The translations under genes were made by a program, and so were the position numbers. Positions 12,570-24,475 of a DNA stretch of 64,000 nt are shown here, piece after piece. The stretch comes from Dictyostelium discoideum (lineage: Eukaryota), in NCBI GenBank assembly GCA_000004695.1, contig CM000151.3, positions 7,840,001-7,904,000 of the forward strand, in the 5' to 3' direction. The notes under the pieces were generated by a model that was not told the DNA's origin, searched no databases, and worked only from the letters and a program-made list of their open reading frames with translations. Position 1 is the first letter of the stretch. Every line of letters starts with the position of its first letter.

Positions 12570-12635
<66 letters not shown>

Positions 12636-13083
12636 TGGAATTGTTGTTATTGGAGTTAGTGTTGCCAGTATTATTATTATTGTCATTGTTATTATTATTA
12701 TTATTATTACTGGAATTGTTGCTACTATTTTCAGATTTATTTTCTATATTGTCAGTGCTTGTAATATTAGTTGAGTCATTTAAAGGTTTATTGTGAACAA
12801 TTACTTCATAATCCATATTAGATTGGTTCAAGTAGCCAAAGTTTGGTTTTGCTTGTTCTTCATATTCATCTAAATTTAAACTTAATGATTTTGGTGAATC
12901 TGGAATTATGACATCCATAGAATCATCGCTGATGATTATCTTTTTAACTGTTTTTAAGGAAGGTGAAGTATTTGAATCTTCTGTTGGCTCTACAACTTTA
13001 TTATTATTAATTTCATTCTCAATATTTTGATTTGCTTGTTGAGGTTGTATTGGCTGAGGTGGTTGTGGTTGTTGTTGTGATGG

Positions 13084-13159
<76 letters not shown>

Positions 13160-13512
13160 AATTGTTGTTGTGGTGGTGATATTTGTTGTTGTTGTTGTTG
13201 TTGTTGAATTGGCTGTTGAATTGATTGAGGTGGTGATATTTGTTGTTGTGTTTGCTGTATTGGCTGTTGAGGCTTCGATAAAGATGGAAGAGATGGTTTT
13301 AACTGGTGACTTGGTCTATTAATATTATTATTATTATTATTATTACTACTATTATTATTCACATGCTGAGGAGCTTTTAAAGTTTGTGGTATAATTGATT
13401 TTGGTTTACTATTGCTATTATTATTATTATTATTACTATTTGAATTCATTGTTGGCTTTTTCAATGCAGAGTATGATACAATTGATTGTTGAGAGTTTGT
13501 TGACGAAAGCAT
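10366..13512 (-). CDS. Large hypothetical poly-Asn/poly-Gln protein with a central coiled-coil
   Basis: 1048-aa single ORF with very long N and Q homopolymers and an acidic D-run. Coiled-coil segments include 'QLQQQYQQLQQQNHQTQQQ...EIKLDLEKSKEQHQAELCKALKMVDEFEMKH'. The antisense poly-L/poly-V ORFs (12434.., 13032..) are artefacts. Confidence 0.55.
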
Positions 13513-14120
13513 TGTCTTAAAGATATTATATTTTTAAAATAAATGTAATATCGATATTTATTTGATTGTAAACCTTTTTTTTATTTTTTTTTTTTTATTT
13601 TTTATTTTTATTTTTATTTTTATTTTTTGTTGTTATTTATTAATTAATTAATTATTTGTAGAAGGTTTAGTAGAGTAAAAAAAACATAAAGAAAGAAAAA
13701 AAGAAAAAAAAAATATTTAAGAAAAAAAAAAATAAAAATAAAAAAAAATAAAAAAAAATAAAAAATAAATTAAAAAAAAATTTTACCTTTTCTTAGAAAT
13801 CTTATTTATTTGTGAAAACAATGATTTATAGTTACATTTTTTTTTTTCTTTTTTTATTATTTTTATTATTATTTTTTATTTATTTTTATTCAAAGTACTA
13901 TTAAATTTATTATAATTCTTCTTTTATTTATTATAATTCTATTAATTAAAAAGAAAAAAAAAAAAAAAAAAAAAATAATAAAAAAAACAAATATATTTTG
14001 ATTAAAAAAAAAAAAAAAAAGAAATTAATTCCAAAACAAATAAAATATTCCCTTTATTTGAAGGACGAAATAGTTAAAAAAAATATATTTTAGAGATGTA
14101 AACACCAAAGAGTTAAAATA

Positions 14121-14164
<44 letters not shown>

Positions 14165-14254
14165 GGAATTTTTTTTTTCAATTTTTTTTTTCTTTTTTTT
14201 TTTTTTTTTTTTAATTTTATTATTATCCCACACATACAAATATACACATACATA

Positions 14255-15280
14255 ATGGCAACATTACCAAAAAGAATTATAAAGGTAATTTTATTTAAAA
14301 ACTTTATATCATTTTTTTTTTTTTTTTTATCGTAAAAAAAAAAACAACAATAGGTTCATTTAAATAATAATAATCTAAAATTAAATATATAAAAATCAAC
14401 CTTAATCACACTTGAATCATTTTAATCAAAAAAATAAAAAAAAATATAAAATATAAATATCATATTTTTCACAATTTAATTGTTATTCTAACTTTTATTT
14501 TTATTTTCATTTTTAAAAGGAAACACAAAGACTTATGACTGAACCTGGTAAGGTTTTTTTTATTTAATAATGTTTCTTTCTGTTTTGATACTAATAGAAT
14601 TTTTTTTTTTTTTTTTAATAAAATAAATAGCTCCAGGTATTAGTGCAACACCAGCAACAGATAATTTTCGTTATTTTAAAGTAGCAATTTCAGGACCATT
14701 AGATTCACCATTTGAAGGTGGTGTTTTTAATTTAGAACTTTTCCTTACAGATGACTATCCAATGTCTGCACCAAAAGTTCGTTTCCTTACTAAAATCTAT
14801 CACCCAAATATTGATAAGTTGGGTAGAATTTGTTTAGATATTTTAAAAGATAAATGGAGTCCAGCTCTTCAAATTAGAACTGTTCTCTTATCAATTCAAG
14901 CTTTATTATCAGCCCCAAATCCAGATGGTATGATTATTATTTTAAAAATAATTTACAATTACTTTATATAATTTATTAATTTATATAATAATTTATATAA
15001 TAATTTATATAATAATAATTAATAATAATTATATATAAAATTTTTGAAAAATTTCTAATTTTTTTTTTTTTTTTTTATAATTTATAGATCCATTAGCAAA
15101 TGATGTAGCTGAACATTGGAAAACCAACGAAAAAGAAGCAATGGCAAGAGGTATGATTAATACAATATATTTATTATAAATCAAAGATATCCTTTATCTA
15201 ACCTTTTTTTTTTTATTATTTAAACTTTAATAGCTAGAGAATGGACCAGATTATACGCTGAAGCACCAGTTGAAAATTAA
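14255..15280 (+). CDS. ube2n: Ubiquitin-conjugating enzyme E2 N (Ubc13/UBE2N orthologue), 5 exons, 154 aa
   Basis: Exons are 14255..14284, 14520..14547, 14631..14927, 15088..15150 and 15234..15280. The spliced product is [23 protein letters not shown]...[87 protein letters not shown]. It is near-identical to human UBE2N. All introns are GTAAGT/GTATGA...AG. Confidence 0.85.
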
Positions 15281-15698
15281 ACAAATCTTGATATAGTATT
15301 ATTCTTTTTGCGTTTTTAAAATCCTCTTGGAAATTAATATACAGCTTTTTTTAAAATTTCAAAATAGATATTATAACACCTCCCCTCAACGATACAAAAA
15401 TTACTACACCTTGTGAATAAACACCATATAAAATATAAAAGAAAAAAAAAAAAAAATCAACCAACCAACAAACCGCAATAACCATCAACCATCATCATCA
15501 CCTCTACCATTTTTTGTAATAAATAAAAAAAAAAACATTTTTTATTTTTTTTTTTTTCAATTATATTTGTTTCTAAAAAAAGAAATGATCATTTTGTTGG
15601 GAAAATCAATTGTTTTTTTTTTTTTTTTTGATTTTTCCAAATTTTTATTTTTTTATTTTTTACAATTTTTTTTTTTTTTTTTTAGTTTTAGTTCCTAA

Positions 15699-16957
15699 AT
15701 GTCAATAATAACAAAAAGTCAAATAATTATAAATAATAGTTGTAAAAGTTTGGTAAAATATATTAAAGTAGCAAATGTATCATATTTAATTGTTGATAGG
15801 GAAGACACGATATCGAATATATTAATAAATCATTATAATAACAAACCAACCAAAGAATATATAAATCAATTATTAGAAAATGGATGTATTTATCATCAAG
15901 ATTCAATAGAAGTAACCAAGACTAAAACAATTCCAAAAAGGGTTCAAATCGATAAAGTAATTAATAAAGGTTCTTTATTGAAATACTTTTTTTATCCAAG
16001 AGTTAATTCAACTGATCATATAGATTTCAAAAATTTTAATAAATACATAATCTTTGAAAATCAATATTTTTTAGTTATTGATAAACCACATGGAATCAAT
16101 GTTGGCCCAATAGTTGATCATTTACATAATAATTTTACAAGTTTTGTAAAAGATTGGTTAAAAAAGAGGAATAATAATAATGATAATAATTTAATTTTAT
16201 ATAATCCACATAATTTAGATTCTCCTACAAGAGGTTTATTTGTAATTGCAAAGGATTTTAATTTTTTAAGTAAATTTAATAAATTATTATCTGATAAAAA
16301 AGTTTCAAAAAAATATAAAGTAAGTATTTATTTATTAATTTATTTTTATTTTTTTTTTTGTAAATATTAATTAAATCCAACATTTTCCTTTTTTTTTTTT
16401 TTTTTTTTTTTTTTAAGGCATTTATTCCAATTAAAGAAAATGAAGAAAATATTGAAATTAAACCTGGAATTTATAAACATTTTATGGAAATAACAAATCA
16501 TTCACCAAAGAAATTATTTGATGAACAAAATCAAGATAATAGTTTAAAAGAATGTTTATTAAAAGTTTTAAAAGTTGAAAGAAAAGAAATTTATGTACCA
16601 TTAGGTTTAAAGGATGTATCAATTGATTTATTACAAGATGATTTACAATTTGATGATATTGGTAAAGGTGATTTTAGAAAACAAACAAAGAAATTATTAT
16701 TTAATGTAGTGGAAATTCAATTAATAACTGGTAGAACTCATCAAATTCGTGCTCAATTAAGTAAATTGGGATTTCCATTACTCTCTGATATTATGTATGG
16801 TGGTACATCATTGAATCATTTAATAACTGATGATAATGATATTAAAAATTTTGAATCTAAATATTATCCAAAAATGATTGGTTTAGTTTCATTCAATTTA
16901 TCATTTCAATGTCCAATAACAAATGAAAATTTTAATTTTAATATTTCAAATAAATAA
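15699..16957 (+). CDS. RNA pseudouridine synthase, RluA family (2 exons)
   Basis: Exon 1 is 15699..16319 (...VSKKYK) and exon 2 is 16418..16957 after a gtaagtat...ttttaAG intron. Catalytic-region motifs 'VIDKPHGINV', 'NPHNLDSPTRGLFVIAKD' (RluA HRLDxxTSG-type) and 'TGRTHQIRAQLSKLGFPLLSDIMYGG' are present. Confidence 0.7.
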
Positions 16958-17098
16958 ATAAATAATTAATTAATTATTATAAAATGTAATATATTTTCTA
17001 AAATATTTTATTTTATTTTTTTTATTTTTATTTTTTTTATATATTTTTAATTATTAATTTTATTATTATTATTATTTTATTATTATTTTTATTATTAT

Positions 17099-18410
17099 TT
17101 ATTTTCTAAAAACATTTGGTTGAACATAACCAATATTTGAAGTTGTTCTTTTAATTACTTCAGCAAATGTTGTAGTTTCACATTCACGATTTACCATTCT
17201 CATTTCAGGAGTTTCATACCAAAATCTATCACCAGCTCTAGTTCTAAAGAATTGTTCATAGATGATGAGATAAAAAGTTTGACCAACACAACTACCTTCC
17301 ATATGATCTTCTGCTAAACCACCGACATAAGAGTCGATATCATCTACTGATTTGTAAGCATTTTTTAAACGATTTTGAATTTGTGGATCAGAGGTGATAT
17401 CAGACCAAGTTTGAACTGGACGAAGACCTAACTGACGTCTTAATGAGTTATATGGTGGAATACCATGATCACGATTTCTTTGTAAATTTCTACTTGCTAA
17501 ATCTAAACCACCTTGACCTGGTTTACCAAATAAAAAGTTTCTTAAATCACTAATCATATAGATATCGATATTTTCTTCTTCATTGATAATTAAACCACGA
17601 ATTAATGGTTCAACACCTCTATTAAGAGCATGAGGATTGAAATAAGAGAATTTAATTGGTAATGGTTGAAGACGAGTACCATTCTCTGAATAATATTCCA
17701 TAAATGGTCCAACTTCACTATGACCAAATCTAAATGCTGTAGTTGTAAATTCATTTGAAACTTGTGCATTCACATTTGCATCGTAGCCTGTATAAGATGG
17801 GAAGGAACCTAAAGTAGTTGGTAAATATTCATCATAGGTAATCTTTTGAATTTGTTCAATTATACATGAACGTGATTGTTGGAAAACTCTTTCATCATCC
17901 CATTCTGGATGTAATCTTGCAAATTTTCTAGCTAATCTATTATGATCTCTAAGTAGTAATGTATGAATTGATAGTAATCCTGGATTTTCATTACCTCTTC
18001 TCTCACCAACACTATACAATTGATCGATTGGGAATAAATTTGCATCGTTATCCATTGGTACACCTGGGACATTCTTTGGTGGTAAATCACCAACATCTGT
18101 TACTGTCATTTTCATTTCACCACCACTTAGTGATCTTAAATTCTTACAAATCTCTTCTGAATTTCCATATAGTACATTACCATCTATATAGGATCCTAAA
18201 CTATTAATTTGTTCATAACATTTACCATCTTCATCAACTACGGTTTTACCTACATCACATGGTACTTCTGTAGCTCTAGTTCTAAAATAATTCATTGTTT
18301 TATTACCAATACATGCTGGATCAAAATATTGATCACATTTTGGTACTTTAATTGGCCATGAATTTGGTTCTGGTTTTGATAATGCCATATTATGAATTAA
18401 AAACTAAAAT

Positions 18411-18444
<34 letters not shown>

Positions 18445-18927
18445 TACAGTTTGTTAATTTTATCAAAATTTATAATAACTTACTTGACCCCACATATTAA
18501 ACATATCAGTTAAATGTTCTTTTGAACCAATATGAGTTTGTTGATCAAATATTATATTACTAATTGCTCTTGATGGTTGATTCGTTATATTTGGAAATCC
18601 ATTTTTATTAAATTTAATTGGATTTGCAAGTCTAATAAATGGAGTAAAAATTGAACCTTGTTTTGGATTTTGTTTATTATTTCCTTCACCGGTATATGAT
18701 CTAAATTCCTCTATTTTAAAAAAAAAAAAATAAATTAAGAAAAAAAAAAAAAAATGGTTAAATGATGAAAAAAAAAAAAAAATAAAAGATTGGAAACAAA
18801 TAAAATTTAATAAAAAAAAAAATATAAAAATATAAAAAAAATAAAAAAAAGGAAATTACTTACGAGAATTTGAAATAGAAACTAAAATAGTAAATATTAT
18901 AAAAAACGATATTAAATTTAATCGCAT
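17099..18927 (-). CDS. Animal haem peroxidase family protein (peroxinectin/peroxidasin-like), secreted, 3 exons, about 531 aa
   Basis: Exon 1 is 18864..18927 (MRLNLISFFIIFTILVSISNS, a signal peptide). Exon 2 is 18484..18710 (EFRSYTGEGNNKQNPKQGS...FNMWGQ). Exon 3 is 17099..18403 (FLIHNMALSKPEP...RDHGIPPYNSLRRQLGL...). The 'WGQF..H' distal-His region and the 'RDHG(I/L)PxYN' proximal motif are diagnostic. It may correspond to a D. discoideum pox-type gene. Confidence 0.75.
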
Positions 18928-20769
18928 TTTTATTTTTTAAAAAAACAATTACTTAAAATTTTTTTTATTTTTTTTATTTTTTTTTTTCTATATTAATATT
19001 AAATTTTTTTAAAAATAAAATTTTAAAAAAAAAGCAATGAAAAAGGGAATATAGTTTATTATGAGATATTATAATTTTATTTGTAATATTATTTTTAAGA
19101 ATTTTTTGGGTTTTAAGTTAAAATTTATAAAATAAAAATGATTGGCGATTTTAAGTTAAAATTTATATAATAAAAAAAAAAAAAATAAAAACTTAAATAA
19201 GAAAAAAAAAAAAAAAATTTATATTTTTTTTATTATAAATTATTTAATTTATTATTATTATTATTTATTTTTGTTATATTACTGTTTAATCTGTAAATTA
19301 TTATTATTATCTATGTTGTAGAATTATAAATAAAAAATCAGAAATTTGAATAAGGAAATTTTTCCTTTTTTTTTTTTTTTTTATAATTATTTTTATATTT
19401 TTTTTTTTTATTTTTTTTATTTTTTTTTTTTTTCTATATAAAAATAAAAAAGGGTGAATTAGTACATTGAAAAATTAATTTAAACACTTTTTTTTTTTAA
19501 AAAAAAGTCAGACCGTGGTTGTGGTAATTAATTACATACCATATCTATTCAAATTTTATATTTAGAAAAACTTGATATCTTTCATGGTAATTATAAAAAT
19601 AAAATAAAATATAACACTGTTGTCATTTTTTTAAAAAAAAAATAAAAAAAAAATAAAAAATAAAAATAAAATATATCGTTTATGTGGTGTGTTTTGTGGG
19701 TTATTATTTTATTGATTTAGACAATCTAATTTCCAAAAACGAATTTTTGGATTACATAATTTCTTATCAATCAAAATTAAAAAAAATTAAAAAAAAATAA
19801 AAAACATAAAAATTTCATCCATTAATTAAAACAAAGAAATATCTTTTAAAAAATGATTATTATTTTTTTTTTTTTTTTTTTTTTTTTGGATTGTAAATAT
19901 GATTAAAAATAAATAAAAAAAAAAATAGAATGAGGATAATTTTTAAAAAATTTCCCAAATGAAAATTATCATTTATGATTACATTGATTTAGTGTAATCA
20001 TTGAATTTGAATGCAATGATGAAGTAATTACCTAAAAAAAAAAAAAAAAAAAAAAATTATTAATTATTTATTATAAAAATAATTTGTGTCTATTAAAAAA
20101 AAAAAAAAAATAATAATAATGAAAAATATATATATATATATATATATATATTTGGATTATAATTTAATCAAATGCATACCCATACATCATATTTAATTTA
20201 CAAATATTAAATAAAAATAAAATAATATTTAATTAAAAAAAAAAAAAAAAAAAAATACCAAAATTACTAAAAAATAATAAAAAACCAAAAATAAAAATTC
20301 AATTTTTTTTAATCCTCTTTACTACTTTAAATAAAGGGAGTTTGAATATGAGTGTTGTTTTTTTTTTTTTTTTTTTAGGGTAATTACTTCATCATTTCAT
20401 TCAAAAAGTTGTAGATAATACAATATGTAATTAATTTTTTTTTTTTTTATTTTTTTTTTTTATTTTTTTTTTTTTAAATTTTTCAAAAAAAAAAATTTTC
20501 AATATCGCCACTTAATATTATTTAATTATCAAACTACACAAAAAAATAAAATAAAATAAAAAGAGATTCATTGGTAGTGGCAGTAGTAAACAAAAATCAC
20601 TCTGTTGTTATACTTTTTGTTTACATAGACACACACACACATTTTACCACAGTCTCAGACTGTAAAAAATAAAAAATAAAAAATAAAATAAATAATAATA
20701 ACACCATATTAAAGAAAATATATATAATTTAAATATAATAAGATATTTATTTTCACTGAAAATTCAAAT

Positions 20770-21876
20770 ATGGATAATAACAATAATAATAATAAAGATA
20801 TTACACTTAAAAAGTTTAAATTTATATTAAATATAATTCAAAAAAGGAAAAAATTGGTATTTTTACTATTTCTATCAATTCTTTCAATTATAATAAATAG
20901 AAAATTGATATTAAAATCTCTTTATCAATTACCATTTTTACCAAATTTCATTAAACTATTTATTCAAAAAAACTTATTATCATCAAATGATTGTAATAGT
21001 TCTGTATCAACAATAACAACAACTACAACTTTAAATAACAATAATTCAAATGAAGATATTTTAAATAGTAATAATAATAATAATAATTATAATTATAATA
21101 ATAATAATAATAATAATAATAGTAATGTTTTCTCATTTAGGTATAATAGTAATAATGGAGAAGATAGTTCAGATGAATCAAATAATAATAAAAAGAAACA
21201 ACCAAAAAAAGTATCATTAAATCAACTTTCAAGAAAAAAAGTTTGCATATCAACTATAGGTGTAATGTATCAATTTATAATAATAAAAATAATAATAATT
21301 AATAATTATTATAATAGAAATTTTTTAATTAATATTAATTTTTTTTTTTAATAGACAATTTTTAAAAAAAATGTTTATTATGAACATATTGCAGATAGAA
21401 GAGTGTGTGAATTTAAATTTATAGAATCTGAAAGAAATATATTATTGAAATTAGCAAAAGAGACAGATTTATATTTAATAACACAAACTGAAGATCTTCA
21501 AGAGGAAGATCAAGTTGCAAGACTTTTAAAACAATATGGTATAATAGATGCAGGTTTAAATCCCCACAAATCATTATATTGTTCAACTTCTCAAGGTAAA
21601 GGTCATATGTCAAGACATTTAGAAATTATATTACATATTGATGGTTCAGATATTGAAGTATTAACAATGTTAAAACCATTTGTTAAGAATTTAGTTTATA
21701 TTAATTCAAATATTAATTCAAAAACAACAACAACCACAACTACAACCACAACCACAACCACTTCTTCAAATGGTTTAACTGTATCAGTATCACCAATAAC
21801 CACTCCAAAAACTAATAGTGAACAAGGAATTTATACTGCTACTTCTCTTCACGAGTATTTCGATTATTTTAATTAA
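20770..21876 (+). CDS. Hypothetical membrane-anchored protein (N-terminal TM segment, Asn-rich linker, conserved C-terminal globular domain), 2 exons
   Basis: Exon 1 is 20770..21261, ending ...KKVCISTIG at a GTAATG donor. Exon 2 is 21352..21876 after a (T)n-aatAG acceptor, reading TIFKKNVYYEHIADRRVCEFKFIESERNILLKLAKETDLYLITQTEDLQEEDQVARLLKQYGIIDAGLNPHKSLYCSTSQGKGHMSRHLEIILHIDG... A TM helix is at 'LVFLLFLSILSIIINRKLIL'. Confidence 0.5.
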
Positions 21877-21957
21877 AATAAAATAAAATAAAATATAAAA
21901 AAAAAAAAAAAAAACAATTAAAAAAACAAAATAGAATAGAGTTTATTATATATGTTA

Positions 21958-22905
21958 TTACTTTTTATCTTTACTTTTACTTGTACTTCTACTTCTGTCC
22001 CTAGTAGTTTTTAATTTTTTATCTCTGCTTAAACTTCTATCTCTTTTTTTATTTGATCTATCTCTTGATCGATTTCTTTCTCTATAATTATCTCTATTTC
22101 TTTCTCTGCTTCTACTTTTACTTCTACTTCTACTTCTACTTCTTGATCTATCTCTTTCTCTTTCTCCACTTCTGTCTCTTTTAGTTTGTTTATCTCTTTT
22201 ATTATCTTTTGAACGATATCTATCTCTACTTGTACTTCTACTTCTACTTTTTGATCTATCTCTTTGTTTTCTTTCTTTTTTTTTATCATTACTTCTACTT
22301 CTACTTCTACTTCTTGATCTACTACTTGAACTATCTCTATATTTTTCTCTTTCTCTTTCTTTTTCTCTTCTTCTTTTAGATTTACTTTTTGATTTACTTT
22401 TACTTTTACTTTTACTCTTTTTTCTTTTCTTTTTTTTACGTTGATCTTCACTATCACTACTTTCTGATAATGAAGAATCCTCTGATGATGTACTAGAAAC
22501 TTCTAACAAATCGTCATAATTTATATCTTTATTTTTATTTTCATTACTATTACTATTATTATTATTATTATTAGTAGTGGAGGAGGTTGTTGTTGTTGTC
22601 GTTGTCGTCGTCGTTGAAAAATCTAATTTAACATCAGCATTACATTGAAATGTTAAATGACCATTTCCTTTGCAACGTTTACAAGTTGATCTTGAACCTT
22701 CTGATAATCCTGTCAATCTTGCTATGGCCAACATTCCTCTATAGTTATCTTGTGTTTGTTCAGTTGGTCCCGCTGTGTTGGTGGTTTTTGGTTTCACATC
22801 TTTATCATCATCTCTATCATCATCATAAGGTTGGTCTATTGATTTCCAAATGTTATGTGATTTTAAAGAATTATTACTATATAATCTATTATTATTTCTA
22901 CTCAT
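21958..22905 (-). CDS. SREK1IP1/ZCCHC10-like protein: CCHC zinc knuckle plus Arg/Ser(Lys)-rich tail
   Basis: 315 aa. 'CKRCKGNGHLTFQCNADVKLDFS' matches SREK1IP1 '[22 protein letters not shown]'. It is followed by SSEDSS and long KSKSKS/RSRSRS dipeptide repeats. Confidence 0.65.
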   Translation of the reverse strand: MSRNNNRLYSNNSLKSHNIWKSIDQPYDDDRDDDKDVKPKTTNTAGPTEQTQDNYRGMLAIARLTGLSEGSRSTCKRCKGNGHLTFQCNADVKLDFSTTTTTTTTTTSSTTNNNNNNSNSNENKNKDINYDDLLEVSSTSSEDSSLSESSDSEDQRKKKKRKKSKSKSKSKSKSKSKRRREKEREREKYRDSSSSRSRSRSRSRSNDKKKERKQRDRSKSRSRSTSRDRYRSKDNKRDKQTKRDRSGERERDRSRSRSRSRSKSRSRERNRDNYRERNRSRDRSNKKRDRSLSRDKKLKTTRDRSRSTSKSKDKK

Positions 22906-24372
22906 TAAGTATTAAATGAATTAAAAAAAAAAAAAAAAATAATAAAAAAAAAATTAAAAAATAAAAAAAAAAAAAAAGGTGAAAATTTTTTATTAATGAA
23001 AAAAATAAAAAAAAATAAAAAATAAAAAATTAAAAATTTTTAATAAAAAAAAAAAAAAAAATAAAAATAAATAAAACAAATGGATAATTTCCTTTTGTTA
23101 GTTATCTTTCATTATTTATATTTATTTATTTTAATATTTTTTAATTTCCAAAAAAAAAAAAAAAAAAAAAAAAAGTGAGAAATATTTAAGTTTTAAGGTT
23201 AAACCTTAAATAATAAAATCAAAAAAAAAAAGAAAATAAATAAAATATTAAAAAATAAAAAAATAAAAAAAATAAAAAACCAGGATTATAATCTTATATC
23301 AATCTTCGGCTTTTTTTTTTTTTAATTAAGATAAAAAATGATTATAAAAATTAAATAAAAAAAAAAAAAAAATAAAAATAAAAATAAAATAAAATAAAAA
23401 TAAAATTATAATAAAAGGCTTTTTTGACGTTTCAAAACTTGGGTTGAAAAATTTGGTGCACTTAAAACCGAAAAAATAAAAAAATTTAAAAATATATTTT
23501 TTATTTTTTTCCATTTTCAAAAGAAATCGAAATAGATTTTTTTTTTTTTTTTATTTTTTATTTTCTCTTCACAAAAAAAAAAAAAAAAAAAAAACAAACA
23601 AATAAATTCATAGTAATAATAATAATTATTTATAGTTATTATATATCTATATATTTTATTATCATATATAATTTATTTTATATATATATATTTTTTTACT
23701 CTACCAATACACCTACCTACTCCCTTTTAACAAGAGATAGATAGTGTACAATGAATTGAAAAAAAAAAGCACAAACCCCCACTTTTTAGAGCGATAAAAA
23801 AAAATAAAAGAAAAAAAAAAGTTTAATATTTTTTTTTTCCAATTATATAATAACTTTTTTTTTCCAAAATTTATAATAAAAAAAAAAAAAAAGTAATAAT
23901 CAAACCATAATAAATAAAAAAAAAAAAATAAAAAAAAAAATAATATAAAAAAACAAAAATCCAATTAAAGTATGTAGCATTTTCTTTAATTTCATAAATT
24001 AATCAGATAATATCATCATTATATTTTTTATTTTTTATTTTTTTTAAATTACAAAATTTATCCTTTATTATAATTACAAAAAGTGTTTTTTTTTTTTTTT
24101 TTTTTTTTTGTTTTGTTTTTAATTTATTTTTTATTTTTATTTTATTTTTTTTTAAAATAAATTAATTGTGTGTGTGGATAATAAAATAAAAAATTATAAA
24201 AATAATTAAAAAAATCATATTATTTATTTTTGTTATGCATTGTATCACATACTATAGTTTATTTATTTTATAACATAGAATTTTTTTTTTTTCTTTTTTT
24301 AAACCATTACCTATGTATAAATAGAATTCTTTTATCTAACTGAACTTAATATTAATTTATTAAAATATATAG

Positions 24373-24413
<41 letters not shown>

Positions 24414-24422
24414 ATTTAAAAA

Positions 24423-24431
24423 ATGGATGGA

Positions 24432-24475
<44 letters not shown>

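Noticed and set aside
12434-13322. Poly-Leu (120 aa) and poly-Val (96 aa) ORFs
   Set aside because: They are antisense or alternative-frame readings of the (AAT)n/(CAA)n tracts of the 10366..13512 minus-strand gene.
22029-22457. KE/KV-rich 142-aa ORF on the minus strand
   Set aside because: It is a frame-shifted reading of the AGA/AAG-rich RS/KS-repeat region of the SREK1IP1-like gene. The authentic frame encodes the CCHC knuckle.
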